From assembly GCA_036172245.1 (NCBI GenBank), contig JAYWIR010000039.1, forward strand, positions 186,001 to 250,000: 64,000 nt of DNA, written 5' to 3'. Made by a program: the position numbers and the translations under genes. How positions within the stretch are numbered: the stretch's first letter is position 1; each line of letters starts with the position of its first letter. The notes beneath the pieces were generated by a model that saw nothing but the letters and a program-made list of their open reading frames with translations, made no database searches and was not told the DNA's origin. This document shows positions 13,935 to 27,240 of the stretch, in pieces. Source of the DNA: Raillietiella orientalis (Eukaryota).

Positions 13935-14340
13935 GGAACTATCTTCTGGAATATGGAAGGAACGATTTCGGTAGATGCTTTATAGAAAGGAACCATAGAT
14001 TGCGAGACCTATGTCACTATTCTAAAAACATCCATGTTCTCATAAAAGGTGTTTGAGACAACGAGAATTACTTTGTGGACAACGAGGGTCATCACAAAAT
14101 ACGTCATTGGACTCAATTGGACTGAATCGCCGCCTCCACTACAGGGCCCAACTTTCCATCTTTCTGGCTCAATGAAGAACACCACTTGTGGACAAAAGTT
14201 TGATGATGATGATGAAAAGCTCATCGAAGAGGTGGGGATGAGGAGCCAAGAGGATCTAGAATCTTTTGTCTACAGAGGATACAGCTTTTAAACTTCACGG
14301 TGATGTAACAGGGCAAGAAAGGAAGGACCATTCGGAAAAT
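13935..14340 (+). mobile_element. Degenerate mariner (Tc1/mariner DDD) transposase fragment
   Basis: One frame reads GTIFWNMEGTISVDAL*KGTIDCETYVTILK...GLNWTESPPP...FHLSGSMKNTTCGQKFDDDDE...EEV...ESFVYRG. This is collinear with the mariner motifs VFWDxxG..(D/E)FL..G.TI...Y...L, LGWE.LPHPPYSPDLAPSDFHLFG.LK..L.G.KF..DE and F..GI. There are in-frame stops and deletions (YSPDLAP is lost), and no TIRs were recognised. Confidence 0.7.
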
Positions 14341-17300
14341 TGCACACTACAGATAACATGTGTGACCATTCTTGAACAAGAGCCTTTTGAACCCTTTCTT
14401 CCCTATGAGAAGGCTATGTGCGGAAAAGCAAAAAAATCCCCAAACCTAAACCTACGGAACATGAAATCCCGTGAAATCAATAAAGTTGTTAGTCTTTGTT
14501 CCATTCCTCCATGACTTTTTGACTTTTTTTTATGGAACATTTTCTTATTTGCAGTTCTCTTAGCTCTCAATTATTTCTTGTTTTAGACATGCCTAACTTG
14601 AAACGGATTTGCAGTATTTTTTTTTTCCCCCTTCTTTCCTCATTTTCTTTCTCTGCAGCAAACCGTTCGAAGCAATGCGTGAGGACACGGAACAAAGTTG
14701 CCCCAGAGATTCTTCGAAAGGTGGAGGGGCAGGAAGCATGAATTATGCAATTTCATTTCATCCCTGAAGAAGAAGAAGAAAGGCTAGCAATAACATCTCC
14801 GCGCTTTGTGCAGTGTCGCGAGTTCCGAGTTTACAGGCCTTTGATGAATTTCTTTAATCTCGTTGTTTCATCAGCTCCGTTTTAATTCCAAGAACTTCAG
14901 GATTTGCATTTTCCTGCGAATGTGCTGCTTCTCTTTCGATAAACATGAACGAAGGTGATTTCAATTCGTGAAGAGCAAAGTTCTCAGCTTTGCACTCTTA
15001 GCACCAAGCCATTTTCATCTCATGTCTCACTTTATGAGAATGGGATAAATTTATGAGACCTGTAACACTTGGAAACTCAACTACATCCTATTCCAGCTGC
15101 AGCCTTTTATTTTTTTGAAAGAAAATAAATATTTCTTGAAGAAACGACAGACGCCTTCGGGAACCACTAATAGAATAACAAGAACGTTCTTGTTTTGTCA
15201 GTCTGCTGATACGACCACCTCTGGTTTGTCGAATGATGGGTTTAAAGGAAAAAAAGGCATACACTTTGCGTTCCGTTCTGCAAGACTGCCTTCTAGATCG
15301 CTTTAAAATCAATAAGAAATCATTTCTTGTTCTCTAAAGTGTGTTTTTTAAACCCCCCAAAAATGAAAAACAAAAACCAAGACTTCTTTTTTTGTTTGAT
15401 TCCATTCTAAAAGCATTCATGTTTTCTGTGCACGATCCATGATGCCTCTTACCACAAGGGATTTTTATTTAGGGGTCACAGCCTTTTCCTAGTTTCAATG
15501 CATTTAGATTTCTAGACTTCTGGACCTCGTTCCAACATATACATTTATTTTTCTTGCATTGATGAGAATTTTTTTTTTTTTTGCTTTTTTTGCTTTGACC
15601 ATCGATTATCTAATTTGTTGCTTCTGGTTCACACGTTCACATTTCCCATTTACACAAGCCCTTTAGGAACTCAGACGAAAAACATGCTGAAGAGTGTTTC
15701 AGATGTCATTTAGAGCCTCCTAAACGTTCAAATTGACTCCCATCACACAGGTTACCCCACTAATCCTTGCTAGCAATATCAATCGTGCCTGTTGAATGTT
15801 TCACACTCATAACACCTACAAATGGCATGTGGGAATGTCTTCTATAGAGATGGGTCCCGCTCTCGCACATTTCGAGTTCAGAACACCGCAATTGATGACA
15901 TTCGATTCCTATAAACCAAGGAAAAGGAGTTTCCTTCTCTCTCTTTCTTTAGGACAGAGGGTAAGAACAAAAGCGACCCATCAATGAATTTCATGAAACA
16001 TCCACGGAAGAGGATTTGCTACAGAAGTGTACTCATCAGAAATACTCCGAAAGATATTCCATGCAAAGCACGTTTCTGCCTTTCTCCGAATGGTCCAGGT
16101 TGCGTTTAAACCCGCAACACCTGTGCTGGGCGAAATGGAAGTTTACTCACGCTTGATACCAAGTCTCTTTCTTCTTTCCTTCTTTCTTTTTTGTGTGACT
16201 TTGACACCCATCTGTGTGGACATTGTACTGTAGAGTCCATTATTTGAAGTTGCAAAAGCGGTAAGCCTCAGCATGCCGTATCGTGAGCGCAGCGTGTGCT
16301 CGTGGGTTTTATTGGGAGACCTCAGCGAGGGGGATTCCGTTCGATTATGCGGGCATCGAATCGACCCCAGTGATGCTCCCCCCAAGAAGTCAGGTTATCG
16401 ATGTAGCCTTTCGATTTCTTGCGAAGAAAGCTTCGTTACAGTCATGAATGCTTTTGTCTGGGGTCGGCTGAGGGCCTTGGAGCAGATGTCACCAAGATAA
16501 TAAGGCATGCGAGATACTTGTGCACTTCTCCACATGGAACTGGATTACGACTCTAAAAATTCACATGATTCTATGAAGGTCAATGCTGCCACGCACTCAT
16601 TTATCTCGATCCGAGTCGGAGTCTGAGGGTCCTTGTGAGAGCACCCCTCTCCCTGTTTTGGGTCCTTCCTCTAGAGCATAGCTTCCCAAACTTATTTGGC
16701 CTACCGCCCCTTTTGCAGATAAAAACTTACTCAGAGCCCCCCTGAAAACGTACCTTCTTTGAGTGAACAAACAGAAAAATGACAAATTTGCGCTATTTTA
16801 GGTATATTTCTTCATCTACGTCCTACAACATAGTAAGAAAAGACGTTACTGCAAATAAAACATGCTGAAGCTTAAATTGAATCGGCCATAGTGACATTCG
16901 CATCACACAGTTCAGAAACTCTAAATTTGATTTCATGATTCCGCCTATTGATAGCATAGTAATTTAGGCAGGTAATGACACGCGCCTATTTCTGCAGGTG
17001 CATGAAGGATTTTCCGACAGTGCACGACATGCTCGTCTGTCAACACTTGCTGTCTGTCAAGTTTGCGACTTGACCACCGACCGATTACAACTTGCATTTT
17101 GTGTGCTTATTCGGGAAACAAAGTACCTAACCTAGCTACAACTTCCCATGGTACACAAACCTGTACGAACGGTTTTTTGAAGTTTTCTCATCTTCTCTTT
17201 CTTGATTCTTTCACCGTCAACCGCCTCCCATATTTTTTATTCAATGCTCCCCAATTGCAATTGAGGCTGCTATCGCCCTTCTGAATCGCTCCAGCGCCCA

Positions 17301-17949
17301 CCAGGGGGCGGTCTCGCCCACTTGGGAAGCATTGCTCTAGAGCTTTCTCCGAGATAGAATGATTTGTCAGAGTTCCACATCCATTGAAAGAAAACATTTC
17401 TTTCTAGCTTGTGATTACATTCCAGAAACCACAAAAGAAGGGATCAAGGATGTGACTCCTCTAAAGATGAGGTAAACAACAACGAAAACTTTTTGTGATG
17501 AAGTGTATCGGAAGTTCAGAAATAAACCTGAGAAAGATTGCTAAAAGCAGCGAAACCAAATTGCGATCTCATGGTGCATATTCTTTGCGATGCCACTCTG
17601 CTCGGAAGAGACAGAGGATCTGTTCCCTTAGGAAAAAAAATCACCACAAGTCATTTCTTCGAAACGGCACTTGGGTTGTGTTGCTAGGGAAATCACAGTC
17701 TCCGTCGTCACGGCTGCCTTGTCCGTAGGTTCGTTTTCCTTCCTTACTGCTGTTTCGCCTTTCTCTTGGAAAAGGCATTTGCCCAAGTCCTACCCTGGAG
17801 TCAGCCAAACATCTCCGCTCGAGAACACGGTGCATCGATACGAAACAGCAGATAGCAACTGCATGAAGCACACCTTTGCTGAAAGGCATTCTTGCCGCCG
17901 TCTCGAAGGCCATGCTTACAGGTGCACCATCACGGAACGACTGAAACAC

Positions 17950-20410
17950 CTTGCAGGCTTCACATACCTCGGGGGCTGCTCCTTCAGGGGATGTTTCGAA
18001 ATCAAGTGGATGCAGTCGTCAAGAACGCCTGGAAGCGGGAAAGTCGAGTCTCCTAAGGCGGCTGTTGGATCGGAAAGTTCCCCTTGTCTTCGGTTCGGGA
18101 TGGCAACAAGAGTAAGAGAGGACCGCGCAAGAGGGCCTTGAGTCAGACTGTAAAGCGAGCAGCGTGTTCGTCAGCAGGGAATACGAAAACCCGTTTCTTC
18201 TTGAAAGGATGGATATCCTCGCTTCTTCTCCACAGAATTCAAGGGAGTTTTGCTTTCCCGATTCCCATACCTTCCCCGGGGTAGGGCGGGAATGGAAACC
18301 AAAAGTTCTGCTGCTTTTTTTTCTTAGGTTTGGCATCTTCCGTTGCGTGTTATCCTTCCCTGAAGAGATCTCGTATCCAACGCGTTGTCCTGCCTTTCGC
18401 AACGCAACCTTCAGTTCTTCCTCAGGAGCATTCGACACGGAGGTTTCAGATCTCCTGCTTCCTTGCTCTTCTTTGTTTGTTTGTTTGTTTTGATGGCAGT
18501 TTGCAGTCTGGGCGCTGCGGTCCCAGCTGCGACGATCAAACTATGATGCTCGTAGTAAGCTGAAATGAAATCTTCAGCTTCAGTCTGTTCCGAAAACCAC
18601 CAAGTCATTCCGCAAAGGCTAACGCGCAGTTCCTCCCTCTTCATTCGGGAGCACCTCCTTTTCCGGGAGAGTTGCACCCTCTTGCTACCGTAAGGTGCGG
18701 GGCGATTGACTTGGTTCACGCATCTATTCTTGGACGACGGAGCTCTCCAAGAAGTTGTGGCGAATGCCATCGTCAGTTATCTTTCATCAGGAGAACGTCT
18801 CCTAGGACCTGCTGGGGCGATTCTTGGCACGCGGAGGACTCTTCGGCAAGCACCGTGATTGAGACGGTCCGCGCCGTCGTCATGGCTCTGACATCTGACC
18901 AAAGAGAGGGGGGGGGGTCCAATCGTCCAATAGATACTGGAGACTTCTCTGTGGTGCTGGTGCTCACAAGGATGTGAGGATAGAGATTGCTTCGCCTACG
19001 GGGGAAATTTCCTGGGCTTCGGGGGCACTAGGGTTGGTAGAGGAGCCGACATGTACTTCAGTAGTAGTCTTCACATTGTATGCCGGTGAGTTCCTGGGTT
19101 CCCTGGAGTCGATGCCGGGCTATGGTTGAATGACGACGCGGGTCGGACTGAGGAAAAGACTTTCACGAAAACTCCTCCGTGAGTCTTTTCGATCGAAAAA
19201 AGGAAAAAAGAGAGCTGCCCTCTTGGTCAACGCTGCACACGCCATCCTTGCACGTGCTGCCATTACCTCAAACAACTTCCTGCCATCATCAATGTCCTTC
19301 TTCAATCAGGAACCCCGCCTTCGGATTTCCTAGTCCTTTCCCGACGCGGAGGGAAAAAGACCATCGCGTGAGGATAATGAAACCCTGTCCAGTCTTTGCC
19401 TGCTCGAGATCGAGCCACGCAGGACCGTGGATTGATCGGACGGACGGCCCGCCGCGAAGCAGCCGTTCCTCGCAGATCCCATCGCGATCGGGATGTCCGG
19501 CCAACCCTCCGGCAAATTTTCATTCCTCTACGAAGCGGCTCCCCTTCCCGCGATCCACCGTCTCGGGAGTGAAGATCCTCTTCCCATCCTTCCCGGATGT
19601 TTCCGGACCGCCCGTTCCCGCGCGAAGGAATACGCGCGCGTCTCTTCGACTGCCGGGGGTCCTTCCGCCGAAGAGGTCAGCTCAGCCACCTCGAAACGGG
19701 GCGAGGAGAGTCCCCCCATTTCGAATGGTCGGCGGCCGTGCCACCTTGGCACGGTCGGCGTGTTGCGGCTGCTCTTCTATCAATCGAGCATACCCGTGCC
19801 TCATGCTGACCGTGGAAAAGGGGCGTGCCTTCCCACGAAGCAGCATTCCTGCTGATACAGGTGGAGTCTTTCCTCCAACGCGTGGAGGAATTCGAAGAAC
19901 GGCCGTTAACGGGGGGAAGGGGAAGGGAAGGGAGACTTTAGCACCCACGAAGGTCTCTAAACACTGTCCATGCCACCCAAGTGTGCGTGTAATTCTTCAC
20001 GTTAGGGGATGACCCTGGAGGAAGGAATCCGTTCCTCTTACACTTGGGAGGGAATCCCGAAGCAAACATCTTCCTTATTTCCTTCGTATGGATTCCCCTG
20101 GAGGGGAGTACCCTCGTTTCTTCTCTGGAGGGACTCCCGGAAAGGATCCGCTTCTGGTTTCCTCCTATGAAGAAAACCCCGAAGGTATGCTTCCCGATTT
20201 CTCAATGAAGGGCCGCTTCCCGAAAGGGGCAGCGCGCTTCTTCACACTCTGGAGCTTCATGGAACGAAATGGAGTGTTGTCCCTGATCTCCCCTCCATTT
20301 TCACAATCGTATGGGAACCCAGAAGAGCTCCTTGATTCCTGGAAGGACCCTGGAGAGTCAGCTTCCGCCTCTGCCAGTCAACGGGAGGCATCTGACTTCC
20401 ATCAGTGCCG
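17950..20410 (-). mobile_element. Degenerate L1/Tx1-clade LINE (ORF1 remnant, APE endonuclease, RT, post-RT)
   Basis: Collinear decayed motifs on the minus strand: FEMGGLSS...AVEET (NVxGL...LQET, ~19720-19640), SSRQRLDRV (SRLDR, ~19400), EKSPVSIG (KSPGxDG, ~18945), KSIAPHLTVARG (RSIxxNLxxxRD, ~18700), LLTNTLLA (~18170). 19990-20410 is clearly similar to 48950-49395. Confidence 0.55.
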
Positions 20411-21686
20411 CGCCCTCGTGGCAACCCTGTGGAGCACCACCTGGTGCCAAACAGCACATCTCGTCCAGCAAGCCACCGGCAGCGGAGGACTCGCGTCCTC
20501 CCTTGAGTGTCCTCGACGCAGGAATGCACCTTAGGCAGGTGGTCACGCTGACCAGCAAAAACGGATGGATTTCATGCCGCCCTGCGAACGGTAGTATGTG
20601 GTTGCAGGGAATCGTTCGCACGTTGGCGAGGATCCAGGAGCCAAGCGCGGGACAGGTGCGACGTTTCCTGTACGCACGCAACCACAACTGCACGCTCCGG
20701 GAAATCCTGGAAAATCCCGCGAAGAGTGCCTGGGCAAGCAGAACCTCCTTCGCCGCTGCATTGCTCTCCCTTAGGGAGCACATGGACAGCAGCCTTACGG
20801 CTAGATGGGAGGTTACTGTGGAAATCTCCGGAAGGAGGAAAGGACTGGGCGAGTGGACGACAAACCAGCTCGCCGAGGCTGCGACCCCGATTATTCGACC
20901 TCGTGGACTTTTGCTTTAGGGCGTGTTACTGGGTATTCCGGAAGAAGACCTGCAGTGGTCCCGGTGCTCATAGACACCCGCACCCTCCCCTTAAAGTGGT
21001 AGGAGTCAGCGACCCTGCTGTTGCACTGGGCCTCCCGTGCAGCGCCCGCTGGCACCATCGGACCCGAGGGAGGAGGTGAGCCCCAACTGCGGCAGGTGTG
21101 GCGAGAGAGAGTCCCTCCCTCACCTGCTCATGGAGCATGTTGCCCTCCGCCCCATGGGGGAACGCGTCCCTGCTGATCCCCGAGGCAACCCTGGAGGTGT
21201 TTTGAAGCGTCCCTTCCTGCGCGACGCCCTCACGCCGGCCGCATCCCTAGCAGCGCTCTGCTGCCCACGCAGCGGGACCGTGGCTACATGGAGCAACGCC
21301 GGACGCCCAAACGACAGGGACGCCATCTCTTTTGCTGTTCTCTTCATGAGGATAGCGTCAGGGTGGCCCCATCTGGGAGCCTCGAAACAGGAACTTGAGG
21401 ACATCCTTGCAAGGATGCAGAGGACGCCCTCCAGCACCTGGTGATCCCTTTCCGAACCCCCCCCATTTTTTCGAGTGTATATTTTCTGCTTTATTTTTTT
21501 TTTCTTTTCGTTTGTCTCCCCTGCCCCTGTGCTGCCGTGGCGAGCCTCGCCGGCCTGCCCGCCGGTTCTCGGCAGGTTCTTTCTGTACATTTTATCACTT
21601 GGCAGGATCACGCATCTTGCCACCGACGTCAGAGTTTTGTTTTTAAGAAATAAACACCCCGGCGTGGCAGCGTGTCAATCCGACTC
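20410..21686 (+). mobile_element. L1/Tx1-clade LINE 3' part (GGL motif, zf-RVT CCHC, 3'UTR, AATAAA at 21649)
   Basis: GSGGLA..., LLHW/GLPCSAR, SPNCGRCGERESLPHLLME, C-terminal WPHL...ELEDILARMQ, T-rich 3'UTR, AATAAA. Frameshifted. Confidence 0.85.
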
Positions 21687-22190
21687 GTTGTGAATTAATT
21701 CAAAATTTCATTCACACTGCACCAGGAAACAAATCAGTGTTGAGGCACGCGTGGATAAGACACTACGCCGTCCTGGAAGCACAGTTCAGTATCCTGAGGC
21801 AATGCAGGAGGGGTCCAGGATGGAACTCTCCCGCACGCCCGGATGTTTATCTCCTTTTTCAGGAGTCCTGCTAAAATGTCCCGGGCACTGCACACGTGTC
21901 TATGGGTAAGTTTTGTTCTTCTGATGAGGATGCTTCTCAGGAAGAAGGCGATGATCACCCGCAGGTGGGGTCGTAGCAGGGAACACCGTCTTCGCCTTCG
22001 AAGAGTCCTCGCAGGATCTCCAGCGTCGTCGTGTCCTCCATCTTCACCGCCCGCCTCGCCGCCCTCCAATCCCGGACAAGAGTTCGGCAGGTGTAGATGT
22101 GCAGGTCGTCTTCGATCGACCGTCACGCTAGACACTAGTCGTCGTCGGGGCTCCCGGTCCAGTGCTGGGGCCTCGTGCTGCACAGGATGC

Positions 22191-24150
22191 TTATTACCCG
22201 GATGCACCGGAGCGTTTATTTAAAATGGAAATCATCTGGAAACCAAGTTCCCAGGCAAAGGGAACAGAAGTTCAGGGGGAGGATTCCCTGAAACGCAGGT
22301 CGGGCTTACTGAGAGTCCGGAACGGGAGGGAGAGGACAATAAATAAATACAAAAAGATATGGGGGGGGGGAGTAGGGAACAGGGGTCTTTGGCTTCGACT
22401 GTTCCTCCTTCTCAGAACCGGCGCTGAATGTCGGAGATCTCCTTCCTGACTTCTTTGCTGATGTGAGGCTACCTGGAAGCCATCCTCATGTTGCAGGCTG
22501 CAGTCCTGGTGACCTCTGCTGGGGCTCCAATACGCGACGGGCTCTGACGATGTCGCAGATCCAACAGATCGTTGCGATGACCGCACCTAGAGAAAGGCCA
22601 CCACGAGTGAAGAAGCGGCGCATGACGTCCATTGCGGTGTCCCCCGGATGCAGAAGCGCTGAAGGTAGCCTCTGCCACAGTCCTCGGAGGGCACCGCAGT
22701 CGAACAGCATGCAGGTGGGAGCGATTCCACTGCTCCGCACCTTCCACAGTTCGGGGACGCAACTCCTTTGGAAACTAGGTTTTCGCGCTGGTTGCAATGG
22801 AAGCCCCAATGCACCAGCAGGATGACGTCCTGTTTCCATGAAAGGGGAAACACAGAAGTGTCCACGCACGAGGGAGGGACCACAAGTTCTTCTGGGAGCA
22901 CACTCAGGAATTCGCTCCACCGAAGGAGTCCTTTCGCACAACTACGAGGGGTGGCAGAGTCTGCCAGCTCGCTCGTCTTCCGGCCGCCCATGGGTTGGGT
23001 TTCTCCTGCGATCGTGCAGGAGACCTCCCACACCGCCGGTACGTAGCTGTCATCTCTTGCCCTTGGGGCAGACAACGCTGCGGCAAGGGACGTGGTGGCC
23101 AGGCGAGTCTACTTGTCCTGGTCCTGCAACACATCCTCTACCTTACAGTACGGGGAGAGGTGCACGCAACGGAGTTCCACAAGGGACACTCCCTGATGCG
23201 TTGCCCAGGACGATAGCGTCTCCTGTAGCCAAGCGTTACGTTAAAGTTCGTCGAGCGGCAGGAGATCCACGAATGAGCTTCCAGGAGCGAGGCGAGCTGC
23301 CTCAGCGGGAAGCAAAACCTCTCGTGGCGCGTAGGGAGTGCGGTAGCAGCGAAAGCAGTCCATCGCTCGCAGTGCAGCGCCACAGTAGCGGGCGTGCGGA
23401 TGCACACCACGGAGTAGTTCAAAGCTTGGCACAAAGTGCAGAACTGCACTTGCAGCCTGATTCTGTCCAGCGTCAGGATACCCAAGCCGGCATCCCGACG
23501 CGGAGCCTCCAAGTTCTTGATGCAGATCCTAAACCTCGCAGGTCCTCACAGAGCGTTCCTCAGCAGGCGTCTATCCTGGAACTTGGCCGAGTCGTGAGAA
23601 GGAAAAACAAAAAAGAGGGGCGGAGGAGGGGATCAACGATGTTCCACACGGAGGTCCCCTCCGGCAAGATGAACTTGCCACCTTGGAACGGGCCGAGAAC
23701 ACTCTCTCTGCCCTACGAAGGCCTCCGTGGTAGAACAGCATGAGGCAATCCTGAATGGCTGCAAGGAGTATCTCCACAGGGTCGTCCCGATCGCCTGTGG
23801 GTCGAGGGCGGCGTTGCCTAGCCTGCTACTCATCTTTCCTCGAAAGTCTCCTGGCAACCATTCAGGACACGATGGGCCGTAAGGCCTTGACGGAGCACCT
23901 GTCGTAGGCGACGAGGTACGCCACCCCCACCTCGCAGACGAAGACGTCCTGGAAGCGGTCGAAGCCCAGGGGCGCCTCCCTCTGGAACACCGCCGCCCGG
24001 TGCTCGCTGGGGGCACGACACCTCGCTCCGGGACCCCCTGGAAGCTCTCGAAGCTCCAGCGGTCCGCTCTGGGGCGATACACCGTGCCCGAAAACGGCTT
24101 GCGAGAGGAGCCGAAGAAGGCGATGCAGCTCGTGGGGGATGATGGAGCAC
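22191..24150 (-). mobile_element. L1/Tx1-clade LINE, RT to 3' terminus, degenerate
   Basis: KALRPIVS (NWRPISLL, ~23875), VDPLLR (~23630), KGLLRW..QDVILLVHWG..SPNCGRCGAVESL/MLFDC, then 3'UTR and terminal AATAAACGCTCCGGTGCATCCGGGTAATAA. Confidence 0.8.
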
Positions 24151-24464
24151 AGCTGCACAGCAAAGGGGTGCCGCAAACCTGGTTGAGGGTCAGATTTTGC
24201 AGTCATGATCCAGGGAATAGGGCGAGGGAAATCTGGACTGTAGGATACTGGAAGAGAGAGTGGACCCCACTGGTGATAACAGCTGAAATCAATCCCCTCC
24301 CTCACATGATACGAGAACAATCCAGGGGTGACGCACTTGAGAACACGAGGCTGCACGTGCACCGAGTCTATTTCTAGGGTGCAAAACACCACGGAATCAG
24401 AGGCGTGGGTGACGTAAGAGACGCGCTTTGGTCCGAAATCCCGAACGATCTCAAAAATAAATGC

Positions 24465-24565
24465 CCATGCTTATTAAATACATACATTAATATACATAAA
24501 TTTAAATACAGAACAACATATAGATTAATTGTGCCGAGTACAAATATATGTCCTTGTTTCATATA

Positions 24566-24628
<63 letters not shown>

Positions 24629-25800
24629 ATCGATGTAAATTTATTTTAACATGCAGGTTTATGTACGTTTTTATATTAATATCTATATTATTCACGTTTT
24701 TTATATCAATGTATTTAATAAACACATTAATCAGATTCAAATTTACAAGAAACATATATATTTATTTTTATAATACTTACTGTATATGTTAACAACATAT
24801 ATTAATACACAGCATTGATTATGTCAATGAATACATATGTTAATATCTAGATTCATATTTATATATAAATACACATAATAAGCATATTATTAATTATATA
24901 GAAATATGTAATAAACAGCATTATCTTAATAATACATATATTATTTTCTCAATAATATATGTGAATCCATATATAAGCATACATATTCATATACATAACA
25001 AACATATCTCTAATCCTATTAATAAACACAATAAAGATATTATGAACTGTATTAATATATGTAATAAACATATATGTATTATTATTTTGATTATATATAT
25101 TGATCTATATGTTAATGCACACATAATTATATATTTCACATTAACATATACAATAAGCATATGTATTTACTTTTATGATCTTTACTGCGTATGTTGATGG
25201 CATATAGTGATACACAGTATGAATTATTTAATTATGTTAATAATGTTATATATGTTATATGTTAATATACATATATTTATATATAGATTTATGCTTATAT
25301 GTGAATATACATAATGAGCATACTATTAATTATATTGAAATATATAATAAGTATCATTATCTTAATAATATATATATTACTATCTCAATAATATATATTA
25401 ATCTATATATACGTCTACATATTGATATACACAATAAAGATATCATTAACAGTATCAATATATGTAAGGAAGACACCCATTATTATTTTAAGGATATATA
25501 TTGATCCATATATTAATTTATGCGTAAATACACATATAATTATACATAACAAATATATGCTTATTTTTGTAGCCTTCACAATAAATACATTGCCCTATAC
25601 GCAAATATATAATTAATATATATTTGTGTGTATTAACTAATATATATTTGTGTGTGTGTAATTAATATATACACAAATATATATATTAATATATAATGGA
25701 TATTGATATATAATTAATGTGATTAATATGTATATATATATATAATTGACGCTAAACATATTCTTAATCATATTAATACGTATAATGAACACCTGCATGT
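24465..25800. repeat. Very AT-rich low-complexity block containing an old ~0.4-kb tandem duplication
   Basis: Shared anchors: ttactg(ta/cg)tatgtt at 24777/25182, cattatcttaataata at 24919/25355, tctcaataatatat at 24947/25383, acacaataaagatat at 25026/25429. Confidence 0.8.
24561..24627. repeat. Compound microsatellite (AT)n(ATGT)n(GT)n
   Basis: Seen directly. Confidence 0.95.
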
Positions 25801-25809
25801 ATTTTCGAG

Positions 25810-27240
25810 ATCTTTCCTGGATTTTGGCGTTCGAAATTCTGGCCGTCGTTCCCGACGAGGCGTTCCCGATTTCGGTCAAGAATGCTGCAAGCTGACGCTC
25901 CCGTTCGGGACGCGCGGAGAGTCTGGTGTGCGAAGATCCGCGTGACCTCCAGCAGTGGTGGCACAGAGCATCCTTTAAAGGGGAGGCAGTCCAGGGAACG
26001 GTCCAGAGAGATGCGGTCCTGATCCGCTCGAAAGCTGCAAAGCTAAGGAGCTCCGACTTTCGGGCTGCTTCCCTCCCCACTCCCAAGGTGCCCGCCCTCG
26101 GAAGAAAGCAACCGCTTCGCTGTCCCCCTTAGCTGAAAGCACAAATTTTCGTCCCGGGACCCTTCTGGCTGCGATCGGGAACCACCTCTCCCGCTAAGAA
26201 GCGGGACTTCTGCCCACGCATGGGACTTCCGTGGTCAGGGAACCCGCGGGTTCCCTTCCTTCCGTGGCACTCGCGTCGCGAAGACGATCGCAGCAGTTCC
26301 AGCCCGTGGATGATCGCATCCCGTCACCTTTCCTGCTTTTGTTCTTCCTGCACGCGGCATGCCACCCGGGAACGCGGCCGACGGTGGCGGCCTACATTCT
26401 GGTTTCTTCGTTCATTCCTCCTGAAGAGGCTTTCTCCCATCCTTGAGGTCAACCGGTCGCCTGCCCACCTCGCCCTCCCAGTGTCTGCCCCGGAAGGGTT
26501 TCCTGTCGCGCCAATGGGAGCGCTCAGCAGTGCCCCCGGTGGTGTTGCGCGCGCCATCTGGAGGCGTGGCGTCCCTGGAGGATTACGGACGGACTTCCTC
26601 GGTAGATCGGGAGGGAGCTCCGAGTGCAGCTGGAGGCCTCCTCAGGCGGTCGGCTCGTCTTCGGCTTCTTCGTGACCTTGTCGTCGGCCGCCGCGAAGGG
26701 GCACTCGCTCCGGGGCGGAGATTCCGGCTCCGGAGCTGGGCCGTGGCAGTGCTTCGAAATCCGCTCTCTGGATTGTTCCAAAGCCGCTGGCTGTTTTTCG
26801 AGAGGCCGAATAGGGTTACCCTCGACCTTTACGCATTGGAGCTCTCCAAGTCCGATTAGGAGCTGGCGCCTAGGATGGACCGGACGATTCCCGTTGGCCG
26901 ATGACCATCCTCCTGATCTTGCCGCGGGGCTCTTCGTCACTGCGTGGGAGTTGCATGAGGGTGTGCCCCCGAAGGGATCGTTCCCAGGTCGTGGGCTCCC
27001 GTGGTAAAGATCGGCACCGTAAGGTCCGCCACATCTGCCGAAGAGCAAGTGGCGGGATGCCGGCCGATGCAGGACGCTACCCGCCCCTCCTTCGGGAGGT
27101 TCCTAAGAAGGGACGCCATGCTTCCCTGCTCTGGGGCGGCCGCAATCCAGCAGCGGGTTCCCTCCGCGGGTGGCCGTCGTCGAAAGTGAGTTTGTCGGTG
27201 GTGATTTTGGCTCGCTGCCGGCCAACTTCCAACTTCTAAG
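25810..27240 (-). mobile_element. Probable degenerate LINE APE-endonuclease region
   Basis: LEVGSW (xxxSWNV, ~27230), LLIGLGELQCV (IIGGDFNCV-like, ~26850), RGHC*AL (SDHxAL-like, ~26530) in the expected order. Heavily decayed. Confidence 0.4.

Noticed and set aside
16015..16050. Hammerhead-like CTGATGAG-TAC..GTA on the minus strand; also CTGATGA at ~62630
   Set aside because: The required CGAAA/GAAA core is absent (GCAAA, CACT) and stems I/III were not found.
16320..16520. EESFVTV..FVWGRLRAL, resembling the RT motif KAFDxV..LW
   Set aside because: A single weak motif without a convincing collinear series.
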